NCBI GenBank assembly: GCA_021735655.1
Contig: JAIPGM010000009.1
Location: forward strand, 4,976 to 68,975
Reading direction: 5' to 3'
Source: Candidatus Omnitrophota bacterium
GTDB taxonomy: Bacteria > Omnitrophota > Gorgyraeia > Duberdicusellales > 4484-171
DNA: 64,000 nucleotides
The translations under genes were made by a program, and so were the position numbers. Under the pieces are notes generated by a model. The model was not told the origin of the DNA and searched no databases. It was given only the letters and a program-made list of their open reading frames with translations. Shown here one piece after another: positions 1 to 8,671 of this stretch. Position 1 is the first letter of the stretch, and the number at the start of each line of letters is the position of its first letter.

Positions 1-498
1 TATATTTTTAAATTTTTTTATCGCGAAAACAATATTTTTAAAATAAATGCTTTTTAACGGACGATTAATTACCTCAAAAACTTCCTGCGAACAAGCATCA
101 AGCTTAACTGCAACTAAATCAGCGAGTAATAGGTCTTTCTGGACATCTTCTCTGTGTAATAGAGAAGAGTTAGTTAAAACTGCTATTTTGTTTTTTCGTA
201 TTCTTTTAACCGCCCTTATCGCATCTCCCAAATTCTCGGCGATAGTCGGCTCACCTGCTCCAGAAAAAGTAATATAATCTATTTTTACCGGCGGCAATGA
301 GTCTAGCTCTTCAATAATCTTACTGACCGGAACAAAAACCTTTCTTTCATCGCTAAAAAGCAGGGTTTTGCCCAATTGGCAATATATACAATCAAAACTA
401 CAGATTTTATTGCCTTGAGAAATTAGGTCTATCCCTAAAGAACTGCCCAACCTCCATGAAGGAACCGGGCCGTAAATATATTTAAATTCAGGCTTCAT
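1..498 (-). CDS. Radical SAM protein (N-terminal part; gene continues beyond the left edge)
   Basis: ATG at 498..496. Translation MKPEFKYIYGPVPSWRLGSSLGIDLISQGNKICSFDCIYCQLGK... carries the CxxxCxxC Fe-S motif (CSFDCIYC) and a GAGEPT glycine-rich SAM motif. Not in the ORF track because it runs off the window. Its start lies 3 nt after the stop of the upstream gene, so the two look translationally coupled. Confidence 0.7.
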   Translation of the reverse strand, partial: MKPEFKYIYGPVPSWRLGSSLGIDLISQGNKICSFDCIYCQLGKTLLFSDERKVFVPVSKIIEELDSLPPVKIDYITFSGAGEPTIAENLGDAIRAVKRIRKNKIAVLTNSSLLHREDVQKDLLLADLVAVKLDACSQEVFEVINRPLKSIYFKNIVFAIKKFKNI

Positions 499-501
499 TT
501 G

Positions 502-861
502 TCAACGCACAATGAATTTTGACTTTACGCGGTTAGCCGAAAAAAAATCCTTGGTAAATTTTAAGGCAACTTTATGGTCAAAGAACTTACAGGAAAAAAT
601 ATTAATATAAGAAATACGCCAATGCTCACTGAAATGACCAGTTATCGAGCTGGTTTCAATAAATTGTAAAAGTGAATAACCGCTAGTCTGAGGTTTTTGC
701 AAACCAAAATACGGAAGATGCAACTTACCATATTTCTCCATATCAATTAATTCACAAAGACGGTCGACATATGCACTGATTTTTTTCTTAGACTTCATAG
801 TTTTTAAATCACAATCATATAAGTCCATAATCAGTTCGTACCCGAATGCCTTTTGATCCAT
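502..861 (-). CDS. Small AdoMetDC-like pyruvoyl-dependent decarboxylase proenzyme (SpeH / arginine decarboxylase family)
   Basis: 119 aa. GYELIMDLYDC N-terminal block and ETSSITGHFSEH segment resemble the ES(S) self-cleavage site and HTWPE-like region of class 1 AdoMetDC proenzymes. Confidence 0.55.
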   Translation of the reverse strand: MDQKAFGYELIMDLYDCDLKTMKSKKKISAYVDRLCELIDMEKYGKLHLPYFGLQKPQTSGYSLLQFIETSSITGHFSEHWRISYINIFSCKFFDHKVALKFTKDFFSANRVKSKFIVR

Positions 862-890
862 ACCCGCCTCCTTTAAAAATTAATTAATAT

Positions 891-1286
891 TTAAAAACGT
901 AATAAATAACCGGCTATTGCTCGATAAAGCGTACTTACTGCAAGTATTGAGCAGTGCAGATGGTCTTCGGGTAAACCTTTCAACCTTGTGATCACTTCTC
1001 CCGCAGAGACTGTCAACGCCTCGTTGATTGTTTTACCATAAGCCAGATTAGCGACCATTGCAGCACACGCCCTTGTTGCGCCGCAGCCATCTGTATAATA
1101 TTTAATATCGGTAATCTTTCTATCTTCTATCACCAAATAAAACTCCATCGAATCCCCGCAAGGCCCTTTTAAGTATGACGAAGCTGTAGGATCGCTCATT
1201 CTGCCAAAAAACTTCGGATCATTTAAAAGACTTACAAACTCTTTAGGGTAGCCAGTAGTTTCTTCCTTGTTACTTGAATTTTTCAT
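891..1286 (-). CDS. IscU/NifU-like Fe-S cluster assembly scaffold
   Basis: Three conserved cysteine motifs: GPCGDSMEF, DGCGATRAC and HLHCS. Confidence 0.75.
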   Translation of the reverse strand: MKNSSNKEETTGYPKEFVSLLNDPKFFGRMSDPTASSYLKGPCGDSMEFYLVIEDRKITDIKYYTDGCGATRACAAMVANLAYGKTINEALTVSAGEVITRLKGLPEDHLHCSILAVSTLYRAIAGYLLRF

Positions 1287-1311
1287 ATAGATACCCTCCG
1301 AAATTATCTAT

Positions 1312-2301
1312 TTATGCCGACACGTATTTATTTTTATCTTTAAAACTTGGCTCTCTTGGCCCGTCAACCGGCAGCTTAGACTCACTGATGAATGCCTTAA
1401 AACTTCCTAAACGAACAGATTGCCCGCTTGGCTTATTTGAAAAAAGGTATTGCTTCTTCGTGTCTAATTTTTTTATAAGTTCATCTTCAAAGGCATATGC
1501 CGAAACAAAATCCATTCCATTTTTCGTTAAAACAAAAACAGGTATTTGCCGAGAAAGTTGCATTATAGCCGCAGGGCCGATCATCTGTCTTATATCAAAA
1601 GAAGCGCAACTCCAGACTAAATCAGCGTAATCACGTATCATGTTAATTTTATCTTTAGCTATACCGGTCGTACATATTGCCAATGAAATTATTCTAATAC
1701 CGCTTTCTTTTTCTAACGAACGTAATGCTTTTAAATTCTTAGCTGAATGACCACATATAGTAACCGCAATAGTCTTATATCCTGCTTTTATCGCGCCTTC
1801 AACTCCCCGTACCTGATCAATAAGCGCGTTTTCAAATATCATCTGACAGCCAGCAGCCTTAAGTTTCTGAATAATCGCTTTAATCGGTGAGGTTAACAAT
1901 AAACTATTCATTCGGGCGCCGATGCCTTGTACTATTTCCGGTTTATCGGTAACAACCGTCCCCGCCCCTTCGCAAACTACAACTGCCGAATCTATCGTAC
2001 CTTTTTTTAACGCGAACATGAGCATCTCTGAAGCGCCATATGGTATCGTAACATCATCATATGAAATTTTTCTCTCATCCGTAAAAAAACCGTAGTCTTT
2101 TATTTTTGACTCAATCACTTTTTTTATAGAATTTTTAATGGCTTCCTTATTGTTGCCCCGAATACCACTAAAATCCTTATATAGGTGCTCGGCCAGTGGG
2201 CAAAAAGCAAGTGTTGGCTCGGTAATATTAATGACCTTCCCAGAAGATACACTCACAAACGATGAAAAATATTTTAATATATGGATATCCCGTTTATCCA
2301 T
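1312..2301 (-). CDS. Conserved hypothetical protein
   Basis: 329-aa ORF with no recognisable catalytic motif. Co-oriented and tightly spaced with the Fe-S/MinD genes. May belong to a DUF family seen next to methanogen-type cofactor genes, but I cannot assign it. Confidence 0.4.
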   Translation of the reverse strand: MDKRDIHILKYFSSFVSVSSGKVINITEPTLAFCPLAEHLYKDFSGIRGNNKEAIKNSIKKVIESKIKDYGFFTDERKISYDDVTIPYGASEMLMFALKKGTIDSAVVVCEGAGTVVTDKPEIVQGIGARMNSLLLTSPIKAIIQKLKAAGCQMIFENALIDQVRGVEGAIKAGYKTIAVTICGHSAKNLKALRSLEKESGIRIISLAICTTGIAKDKINMIRDYADLVWSCASFDIRQMIGPAAIMQLSRQIPVFVLTKNGMDFVSAYAFEDELIKKLDTKKQYLFSNKPSGQSVRLGSFKAFISESKLPVDGPREPSFKDKNKYVSA

Positions 2302-2313
2302 AAAATCCTTATT

Positions 2314-3165
2314 CTAAACTTGTAATTTTTCCCAAATTTTGCGAATCTCACCCTTAACTACCGTATCCTTATATTCAATAATAGTCTTACCCTCAACCAT
2401 AGCTTCTACCACTGTTTTATCAAATCTGACTTTACCGGCTAAGGAAATTCCACTCTTTAGGCAATGTTCTTCTATTTTTTCTGACATATCCAAATTTAAA
2501 TCATATTTATTAATTACTAACCGCGAAGGGACATTAAAATGTTTAGTTACTTCTATAACCCTTAACGCATCATGCAAACCGGATAAGGTGGGTTCAGTTA
2601 CTACTACCGCGCAATCTATTCCAGAAAGCGAGGCGATAACCGGACATCCTATACCTGGGGCACCGTCAATGATAACCCAATCACAATTATTCTTCTCGGC
2701 CAGTTCTTTTGCCTGTTTTCTCACCAATGAGACAAGCTTGCCTGAATTCTCTTCAGCGATTCCAAGTTTAGCGTGCACCATCGGGCCAAAGCGAGTTTCG
2801 GAAATAAACCACTCTCCGGCAATATTCTCTTCCATCTTAATAGCGCCAACCGGACAAACATGATAACAAAAAGTACATCCTTCGCAGGAAACCCCATCTA
2901 CAGAAAAATCTTCACTTATAGCAGAGAAACGACAGACTTCAACACATTTGCCGCATTTAACACATTTTTCCTTATCAATAACGGCTGTTTTGCCACTTCT
3001 GAATTCATGTTTTTCTTTGACCGACGGCTTCAGCAAAAGATGCAGATCCGCTGCGTCCACATCGCAGTCAGCCATAACTTTATTTTTCGCCAGTGCCGCG
3101 AAGGCTCCGGTAATTACAGTCTTGCCTGTCCCGCCTTTTCCACTTATTATGACTATTTGCTTCAT
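2314..3165 (-). CDS. MinD/ParA-superfamily P-loop ATPase with inserted 2x[4Fe-4S] ferredoxin domain (COG1149-like)
   Basis: Start reassigned to the internal MKQIVIISGKGGTGKT (deviant Walker A); a GAGAGA RBS lies 6 nt upstream. Two CxxCxxCxxxC motifs (CVKCGKCVEVC and CEGCTFCYHVC) sit between Walker A and the rest of the ATPase fold. Confidence 0.75.
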   Translation of the reverse strand: MKQIVIISGKGGTGKTVITGAFAALAKNKVMADCDVDAADLHLLLKPSVKEKHEFRSGKTAVIDKEKCVKCGKCVEVCRFSAISEDFSVDGVSCEGCTFCYHVCPVGAIKMEENIAGEWFISETRFGPMVHAKLGIAEENSGKLVSLVRKQAKELAEKNNCDWVIIDGAPGIGCPVIASLSGIDCAVVVTEPTLSGLHDALRVIEVTKHFNVPSRLVINKYDLNLDMSEKIEEHCLKSGISLAGKVRFDKTVVEAMVEGKTIIEYKDTVVKGEIRKIWEKLQV

Positions 3166-3175
3166 GCAGTCTCTC

Positions 3176-4522
3176 TTACATTTTATCTGACGCGTTTTGA
3201 GCCGCCAAGACAACCGGATACATAGTTGGAGCAGATGTTAAATAGGGGTGAGTTGCCATTTGCAATGTTTCTAACTCGGTTATCGAGACTCTCTGTTGAA
3301 TAGCCATACCAATAATGTTGATTATTTCCCCCGCTGATATGCCTCCAGCTACCTGCCCACCCATAAAAATACCTGATTGTTTTGAAAAAATAAGTTTTAC
3401 CCTTATTTTGTTTGCTCCGGGAAGGCTTCCGGGATGTTTATCAATACTCTCGGTATTTCCCGAAACAATCTCAAATCCCTCTTTCTTGGCACTCATTTCG
3501 GTAAGACCGGCTGAACCCAAAACCAAACCATCCACGTAAGTTGAGTAAATCGCTATTGTCCCCTTATTTTCACGCACAACCTTTAATTGGTATAGATTTG
3601 CTCCGGCAATCCTCGCCTCAGCAGTAGCAGTAGAAGCAAGCATAACTGGTGTGTCTTTTCTCGTGTAAAAATCTCGTTTTCCGGCACAATCACCCACAGC
3701 AAAGATATCGGAATCAGCAGTACGCATATACTCATCCACCCATATACCCTGGCCTCTTCCTAAATCCAAACCTGCTTCGGTCGCTAAGGCTGTATTCGGA
3801 CTAGCGCCTATCCCTAAAATAACGCTATCCACTTTAAGCTCTTTTCCGTTTTCAAACCGCACACCCTCTACTCTTTCCTTCCCTAAAAATTCAACCACTT
3901 TAGTGTCAGTTAAAATGGTGACTCCTCTTGACTTTAACTTCTCTTCAACCAATAAAGAAAATTCCTTATCAAAAGAATTTGCCAGTAAACACGGAAGAAC
4001 CTCTGCTAAATATACATTAACACCGTTTATTTTTGAAATCTCATCAGCAAATTCAACGCCGATAAATCCTCCCCCCAGAACCAATACATCCTTAGCTTTT
4101 TTTAATTCCGCTACTGTTTTTTTTAAATAATCCATTTCTTTATATATCGGGTAAACTCCCTCTTTATCAATTCCAACTATTGAGGGCTTAATCGGCACCG
4201 AACCAGGGGCAAGGACCAATTTCTCATATTCATATTCTTCGCCACTTTTAGCGGTTACTTTTTTTAGGCTACGGCTTATCTTTACCGCCTCATCAATAAC
4301 GATTTCTATATTATTCTTCTTAAGAGCGTCAAGCCCCAACTTATTGTCATCGGGATTTTTAAGGCTCCAAAACATATAAGGAATACCACAAGGAATACAA
4401 CCGTTAATCACATTTTTCATAACTAAGACATTTTTATCCGGATAATATCGCTTTGCCGTGATCGCACTCACCAACCCAGCTGGTCCACCGCCAACAATAA
4501 GAACATCCACTTTTTTAGCCAT
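3176..4522 (-). CDS. FAD-dependent pyridine nucleotide-disulfide oxidoreductase (NADH oxidase / CoA-disulfide reductase family)
   Basis: N-terminal DVLIVGGGPAGL FAD motif, second GGGFIGVE NAD(P) motif and a C-terminal dimerisation region. 448 aa is typical of Nox/CoADR. Confidence 0.7.
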   Translation of the reverse strand: MAKKVDVLIVGGGPAGLVSAITAKRYYPDKNVLVMKNVINGCIPCGIPYMFWSLKNPDDNKLGLDALKKNNIEIVIDEAVKISRSLKKVTAKSGEEYEYEKLVLAPGSVPIKPSIVGIDKEGVYPIYKEMDYLKKTVAELKKAKDVLVLGGGFIGVEFADEISKINGVNVYLAEVLPCLLANSFDKEFSLLVEEKLKSRGVTILTDTKVVEFLGKERVEGVRFENGKELKVDSVILGIGASPNTALATEAGLDLGRGQGIWVDEYMRTADSDIFAVGDCAGKRDFYTRKDTPVMLASTATAEARIAGANLYQLKVVRENKGTIAIYSTYVDGLVLGSAGLTEMSAKKEGFEIVSGNTESIDKHPGSLPGANKIRVKLIFSKQSGIFMGGQVAGGISAGEIINIIGMAIQQRVSITELETLQMATHPYLTSAPTMYPVVLAAQNASDKM

Positions 4523-4538
4523 AAAGTATACTTCTCCT

Positions 4539-4922
4539 TTATAAAGATTCTAGCATTACACAGAGTCCATAAATTACATCAATGTTATTGTCACGACAAA
4601 ATTTTATCGCAGTTTCATTTTCAGCTCCCGGTTGAAGCCAAACTCTTCTTATAGATTTTTCCCGACATTCCTTTACTATCGCCTCGGTAACCGAAGGAGG
4701 GGTAACCAGATTAGCAACATCAATATTAAAAGGAATATCGCTTATACTTTTATAACCTTTTACTCCGTCGACATCATTTAAACGGGGGTTAACCGGATAT
4801 GCCTCATACCCCCTTTTTATCAAAGTCCTCAAAATTTTATACGCGTATTTAGTTTCATTTCTGAACGAGCCCACGACCGCAAATTTCTTCTGCCTTAAAA
4901 AATCCTTAACTAAGTTTTCCAT
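4539..4922 (-). CDS. CoA-binding domain protein (YccU-like)
   Basis: Start reassigned to MENLVKDFLRQKKFAVVGS; the KSIAVVGAS-type Rossmann start is typical of PF13380. About 127 aa. Confidence 0.55.
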   Translation of the reverse strand: MENLVKDFLRQKKFAVVGSFRNETKYAYKILRTLIKRGYEAYPVNPRLNDVDGVKGYKSISDIPFNIDVANLVTPPSVTEAIVKECREKSIRRVWLQPGAENETAIKFCRDNNIDVIYGLCVMLESL

Positions 4923-5763
4923 CTTTAATCTTATTAAAAAGCTGCTCAAAATCTTTTCTGTATTCGGGAAAGGCTTTTACAATCGGCTCACCTTTTGAAT
5001 AGGTAATTGCTATCTCCTTTTTAAAAGGTATCCGCATAAGAATAGGAACATTCTCCTTTTGGCAATACTCATCTGTTTTATTGTCCCCCAAATCCGAGCG
5101 GTTAATCACGACCCCAAAAGACACTTTCAGCTTTCGTAAAACTTCTACAGCCAGCATTAAATCGTTCAACCCAAACGGCGTTGGCTCAGTAACCAACAGG
5201 CAAAAATCACTTCTCTTTATAGTCTCAACCACCGGGCATGATGTACCAGGAGGAGCATCAATAATAACCGTACCTGTTGGATCAATATACTTCTTGATTT
5301 GCCTTATGACCGGCGGCACCATTGCCTCTCCGATATTTAGACGTCCATGTATAAACTGCATAGAACCAACCTCACCAATCTCGATTTCACCAATCTCTTT
5401 ATTAACTTCCTTTATCGCCGCTTGGGGACAAAAGTAAGTACAGCTTCCGCAGCCATGGCAAAGGTTCGAAAAGACTAAAATGTTTCCCTTCCTCTCCTTG
5501 GATTCGGCTATCACCGCGATAGCATTATAAGCGCATACCTGACGACACTTGCCGCAATAATTACACTTTGCTTGGTCAATTTCCGGAACCGGGATAAAAA
5601 CTTTTTGGATACTGCTTATGGTCGGCTTCAAAAAAATATGTGCGTTGGGCTCTTCAGCGTCACAATCTAAAAACTGCACCCTCTCCTTTATAGAAAGTGC
5701 CAAATTGACCGCTATTGTAGTTTTTCCTGTCCCGCCTTTTCCGCTGGCAATTGATATAATCAT
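4906..5763 (-). CDS. MinD/ParA-superfamily ATPase with inserted ferredoxin domain (second paralog)
   Basis: MIISIASGKGGTGKTT Walker A. CNYCGKCRQVC and CHGCGSCTYFCP cluster motifs. Paralog of 2314..3165. Confidence 0.75.
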   Translation of the reverse strand: MIISIASGKGGTGKTTIAVNLALSIKERVQFLDCDAEEPNAHIFLKPTISSIQKVFIPVPEIDQAKCNYCGKCRQVCAYNAIAVIAESKERKGNILVFSNLCHGCGSCTYFCPQAAIKEVNKEIGEIEIGEVGSMQFIHGRLNIGEAMVPPVIRQIKKYIDPTGTVIIDAPPGTSCPVVETIKRSDFCLLVTEPTPFGLNDLMLAVEVLRKLKVSFGVVINRSDLGDNKTDEYCQKENVPILMRIPFKKEIAITYSKGEPIVKAFPEYRKDFEQLFNKIKDGKLS

Positions 5764-5767
5764 AAAT

Positions 5768-6379
5768 TTACATAAGTGAGTGGCAAGCTGTCACTATTTC
5801 CTGAAACTTACTGGAATACGTTTCTATGCTAAAATCTTTTCTCTGTAAATATTTACCTATATCGTTTAAGTTTACCGAGCCTGCCTTATGAGTTCTCCCT
5901 TCGCTCTCATGAATCTTACCGATTAGTTTTAACCCCTCTTCGTTAAAATCACTCAAGATAAATTTACCTTCAAAACTAGTTACTCTGATAAGTTCATCCA
6001 TTACTTTATAAGGATTTTCGAAATGATGAATAGCGTTGATTACAAATACTGTATCAAAACTTGCATCTTTAAAGCTAAATTGTTCGGCATTTTCTATTTG
6101 AAAATTTACCAATTTTGCAAAACCAAAATATTTTATATTCCGTCTAGCATAATCTTGTTCTTGATACGAAACGTCAACACTAGTAAAATTATACCCTGCC
6201 TTAGCTAACTCAACAGTAAAATAACCTTTTCCAGTCCCCACTTCTAGAATATCTCCATCGAAAGGGCATGATTTCTCTAAAATAAATTTACGCTCTTTTT
6301 CAATATCGTAACCAAAGCTTTTATAAAAATTTACCCTTTCTAAATATCGAGTATAATAATCTGATGTTTTATTTTCCAA
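5768..6379 (-). CDS. Class I SAM-dependent methyltransferase
   Basis: ILEVGTGKGYFT motif I and downstream acidic motif II region. 203 aa. Confidence 0.65.
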   Translation of the reverse strand: MENKTSDYYTRYLERVNFYKSFGYDIEKERKFILEKSCPFDGDILEVGTGKGYFTVELAKAGYNFTSVDVSYQEQDYARRNIKYFGFAKLVNFQIENAEQFSFKDASFDTVFVINAIHHFENPYKVMDELIRVTSFEGKFILSDFNEEGLKLIGKIHESEGRTHKAGSVNLNDIGKYLQRKDFSIETYSSKFQEIVTACHSLM

Positions 6380-6382
6380 AAA

Positions 6383-6601
6383 CTACTCCCTTAACATTCG
6401 AGTCGCACATTTAGGACAATTTAATGAATTACACGGAACGCTTGCCTGATGAGATAATTTCGCCCCACAGCTTGGACAAATACAATTTCCACTTGGGCCA
6501 GCACCAGGACTATTGCCACCATTGCGCCCCCTACCGCGCCCCATTCCTCTACCTGTCCCTGAACCTTGACCGAAAGGACCTGTCCCATCTCCTCTTGGCA
6601 T
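6383..6601 (-). CDS. DUF5320-like protein with C-terminal zinc ribbon
   Basis: MPRGDGTGPFGQGSGTGRGMGRGRGR N-terminus matches the MPxxDGTGPxGxGPMTGRG signature of DUF5320. C-terminus has CxCPxCG...CxxLNCPKC. Confidence 0.55.
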   Translation of the reverse strand: MPRGDGTGPFGQGSGTGRGMGRGRGRNGGNSPGAGPSGNCICPSCGAKLSHQASVPCNSLNCPKCATRMLRE

Positions 6602-6682
6602 TTTATACCTCCTTAATTTTCGAAATTTACTAAATTGATAAATTAACTCCTAAAATTCTTAAGGAAGGATCTTAATCTAACT

Positions 6683-6850
6683 TTATAACGAAATCGCTTC
6701 AACCGGGCATTGGCTTAAACAAGCTCCGCAATCTACACATTCTTGACTAATAACTGCTTTACCCTCTTCAATCTTAATCGCCTGTACTGGACACACATCA
6801 ACACAAGCGCTACAACCAGTACATTTATTATTATCTACTTTAGCCGCCAT
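6683..6850 (-). CDS. 2x[4Fe-4S] ferredoxin
   Basis: Start reassigned to MAAKVDNNKC; an AGGAGGGG RBS lies just upstream. CTGCSACVDVCP and CVDCGACLSQCP motifs. Confidence 0.75.
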   Translation of the reverse strand: MAAKVDNNKCTGCSACVDVCPVQAIKIEEGKAVISQECVDCGACLSQCPVEAISL

Positions 6851-6863
6851 GCCCCCTCCTTTA

Positions 6864-7229
6864 TCATTTATTACCAAAATGTGAATCTACACTTGGACCT
6901 TGGGTTAGTTTAAATTCCCCCCTTTTATACTTCGCTATCACTTCTTTAATTGTTCCCGATACACCAGCAATCACATCAAGGCCTGCTGCCTGTAAGGTCT
7001 GAAAAGCATTTGGTCCAACATTGCCGGTTAAAATTACTTTTACCTGCTTTTCGGCTGCAAGCTGACCCGATTGAATTCCAGCCCCACCCATACTATCTAT
7101 ATTAGGATTCTTAACTGACTCAAAATCCTCTGATTCGGTATCAGCAATAATAAAATACTGACAACGACCAAAGCGAGGATCAACCGTCGAATCTAGGCTA
7201 TCCCCTTGTGACGTAATACAAATCTTCAT
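6864..7229 (-). CDS. Dinitrogenase FeMo-cofactor biosynthesis family protein (NifX/NafY/NifB-C-terminal-like, PF02579)
   Basis: MKICITSQGDSLDSTVDPRFGRCQYFII. The (D/E)PRFGR(C/A)xxF opening and ~120-aa size are typical of this family. Confidence 0.65.
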   Translation of the reverse strand: MKICITSQGDSLDSTVDPRFGRCQYFIIADTESEDFESVKNPNIDSMGGAGIQSGQLAAEKQVKVILTGNVGPNAFQTLQAAGLDVIAGVSGTIKEVIAKYKRGEFKLTQGPSVDSHFGNK

Positions 7230-7240
7230 AAATTTACCTC

Positions 7241-7642
7241 CTATTCATGCTCACAGTTATCTTCATCAGGATGATCACAAGCTGTCTTTTCTACGCCATA
7301 TCCTTTTCCGGCCCCAGGCTGGCAAAGGCTTTCCCCTCCTTTAAGTGTTCCGGCCGTAGCTTGCTTAACTATTTCATCTACTTTTCCGCTAATCCCCATT
7401 ATTGTTTTTATTCCACTTTCATCAAATAACATTTGAGCCCTTTGCCCCATGCCACCAGCGACAATGGCGTTCACTCCTTTCTCCTTTAAAAACTGAGGTA
7501 AAAACCCCGGGTGATGCCCTGGGTTATCAACCACCTGTTTCCTTATTAGTTTATCACCCTCAAGCTCTACAATAGTAAAGGAAGGACACCGGCCAAAATG
7601 AGCTGATACTAAATCACCATCTGTTGAAATTGCTACTTTCAA
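7241..7642 (-). CDS. Dinitrogenase FeMo-cofactor biosynthesis family protein (second paralog) with Cys/His-rich C-terminal tail
   Basis: MKVAISTDGDLVSAHFGRCPSFTIVEL, the same family start, plus a C-terminal CQPGAGKGYGVEKTACDHPDEDNCEHE tail. Confidence 0.65.
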   Translation of the reverse strand: MKVAISTDGDLVSAHFGRCPSFTIVELEGDKLIRKQVVDNPGHHPGFLPQFLKEKGVNAIVAGGMGQRAQMLFDESGIKTIMGISGKVDEIVKQATAGTLKGGESLCQPGAGKGYGVEKTACDHPDEDNCEHE

Positions 7643-7717
7643 AATTACCCCCTTATTAAAAATTTACCAAACAAGTAAGAATAAAGATATTTCCTTACCC
7701 CTACCTATCTCTTTACA

Positions 7718-8068
7718 CTATTTATTACCTTCAAGTCCAGCATTAGATTCTAATTCCTTAATGCGCTGATTCATAGCTTCAATCTCATCCTGCATCAGCT
7801 TCGCTTCGGCTTTTAACTCAACTGCCTCCTGCTGTGGTGTAAGCCCGGGAACATACGGTAATCCAAAATAAGGATTTCCGTAAGCGTAACCGCCGGCTCT
7901 TCGCCATCCAAAGCCTCTTCCAAGACCCCTTCCTAATCCACGACCTCTGCCAAAAAATCCACCTCTGACCGGACGCTGCGCACTTCCTGCCGGCAATGCA
8001 CAATAGCCTCTTGCCCCACCGGTCATCGAGCCTAACCCTTGAGGACCTGTTCCATCGAAACCTGGCAT
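7718..8068 (-). CDS. DUF5320 family protein
   Basis: MPGFDGTGPQGLGSMTGGARGYCA N-terminal signature, an RG/GRG-rich middle and a C-terminal coiled-coil (AEAKLMQDEIEAMNQRIKELE). Confidence 0.6.
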   Translation of the reverse strand: MPGFDGTGPQGLGSMTGGARGYCALPAGSAQRPVRGGFFGRGRGLGRGLGRGFGWRRAGGYAYGNPYFGLPYVPGLTPQQEAVELKAEAKLMQDEIEAMNQRIKELESNAGLEGNK

Positions 8069-8126
8069 TTAAATCACCTCCATTTTTTGTTAATGATAAT
8101 CATTTTCATTAATATTTTAAAAAAAA

Positions 8127-8609
8127 TTACTCCTCCTTTTTACCTTTACATTTATCACATAACCCATAAAATTGGATAACGTGATCGTCGATTTTAAAGT
8201 TATATTTTTTAGACAATCCTTTTTCTGTCTTCTGTAATAGTTCAATTTCATCTTTAATAAAATCAGTATAGTCAATAACCCTTCCACAATTCCTACATAC
8301 TAAATGATGATGATGATGCCGTTGGCCTTTGGGGCCCTGGTTTAACTCATAGCGTGCTCTTCTATCTCCAAAATCTGATCTAATTACCAAGCCCATTTGA
8401 ACAAGCAATTCAAGCGTACGATACACAGTAGTTAAGCCAACATTGGGATAATCCTTATGAACCTTTATATATACATCCTCAGCACTAACATGTACAGAGG
8501 TTGCACCTAAAACGTCCAAAATTGCCCTTCTCGGAACAGTAAACCTATAACCACATCCTTTGAATTTGCCTTGCCACCAGCTAGGCCCTCTTTTGCATCT
8601 ACCTTGCAC
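8127..8609 (-). CDS. Fur-family metalloregulator (Fur/Zur/PerR)
   Basis: DNA-binding helix TVYRTLELLVQMGL. HHHHHLVCRNCGRV and CDKC metal-site motifs. The track's Met is a GTG start; an AAGGAGGAG RBS lies upstream. The exact start is uncertain. Confidence 0.7.
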   Translation of the reverse strand: MQGRCKRGPSWWQGKFKGCGYRFTVPRRAILDVLGATSVHVSAEDVYIKVHKDYPNVGLTTVYRTLELLVQMGLVIRSDFGDRRARYELNQGPKGQRHHHHHLVCRNCGRVIDYTDFIKDEIELLQKTEKGLSKKYNFKIDDHVIQFYGLCDKCKGKKEE

Positions 8610-8620
8610 TACTCCTCCTT

Positions 8621-8671
8621 ATTGATAATGGTTTCCATTTCTAATATAACATTCATCTCAAAGCTTGTCAA
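8621..8671 (-). promoter_or_regulatory. Sigma70-like promoter with overlapping Fur-box-like operator upstream of the Fur gene
   Basis: Read on the minus strand: TTGACA (8671..8666), a 17-nt spacer, then TATATT (8648..8643). It is followed at once by AGAAATGGAAACCATTATCAA (8642..8622). Its plus-strand form TTGATAATGGTTTCCATTTCT matches the GATAATGATAATCATTATC Fur box at about 12 of 17 positions. Confidence 0.45.

Noticed and set aside
47-277. Plus-strand ORF of 76 aa at the left edge
   Set aside because: It lies antisense to the clearly coding radical SAM gene, which carries its CxxxCxxC motif on the minus strand. No RBS or domain signal.
1274-3225. Plus-strand ORFs 1274..1630, 2339..2863, 2773..3225, 2948..3190
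   Set aside because: All are fully embedded antisense in well-supported minus-strand genes (IscU, the hypothetical protein and the MinD ATPase). Their Ser/Leu-rich translations are typical of reverse-frame artefacts.
7818-8003. 61-aa minus-strand ORF overlapping the DUF5320 gene
   Set aside because: It is an alternate frame of the GC-rich Gly/Arg codon region. The DUF5320 frame has the family signature.
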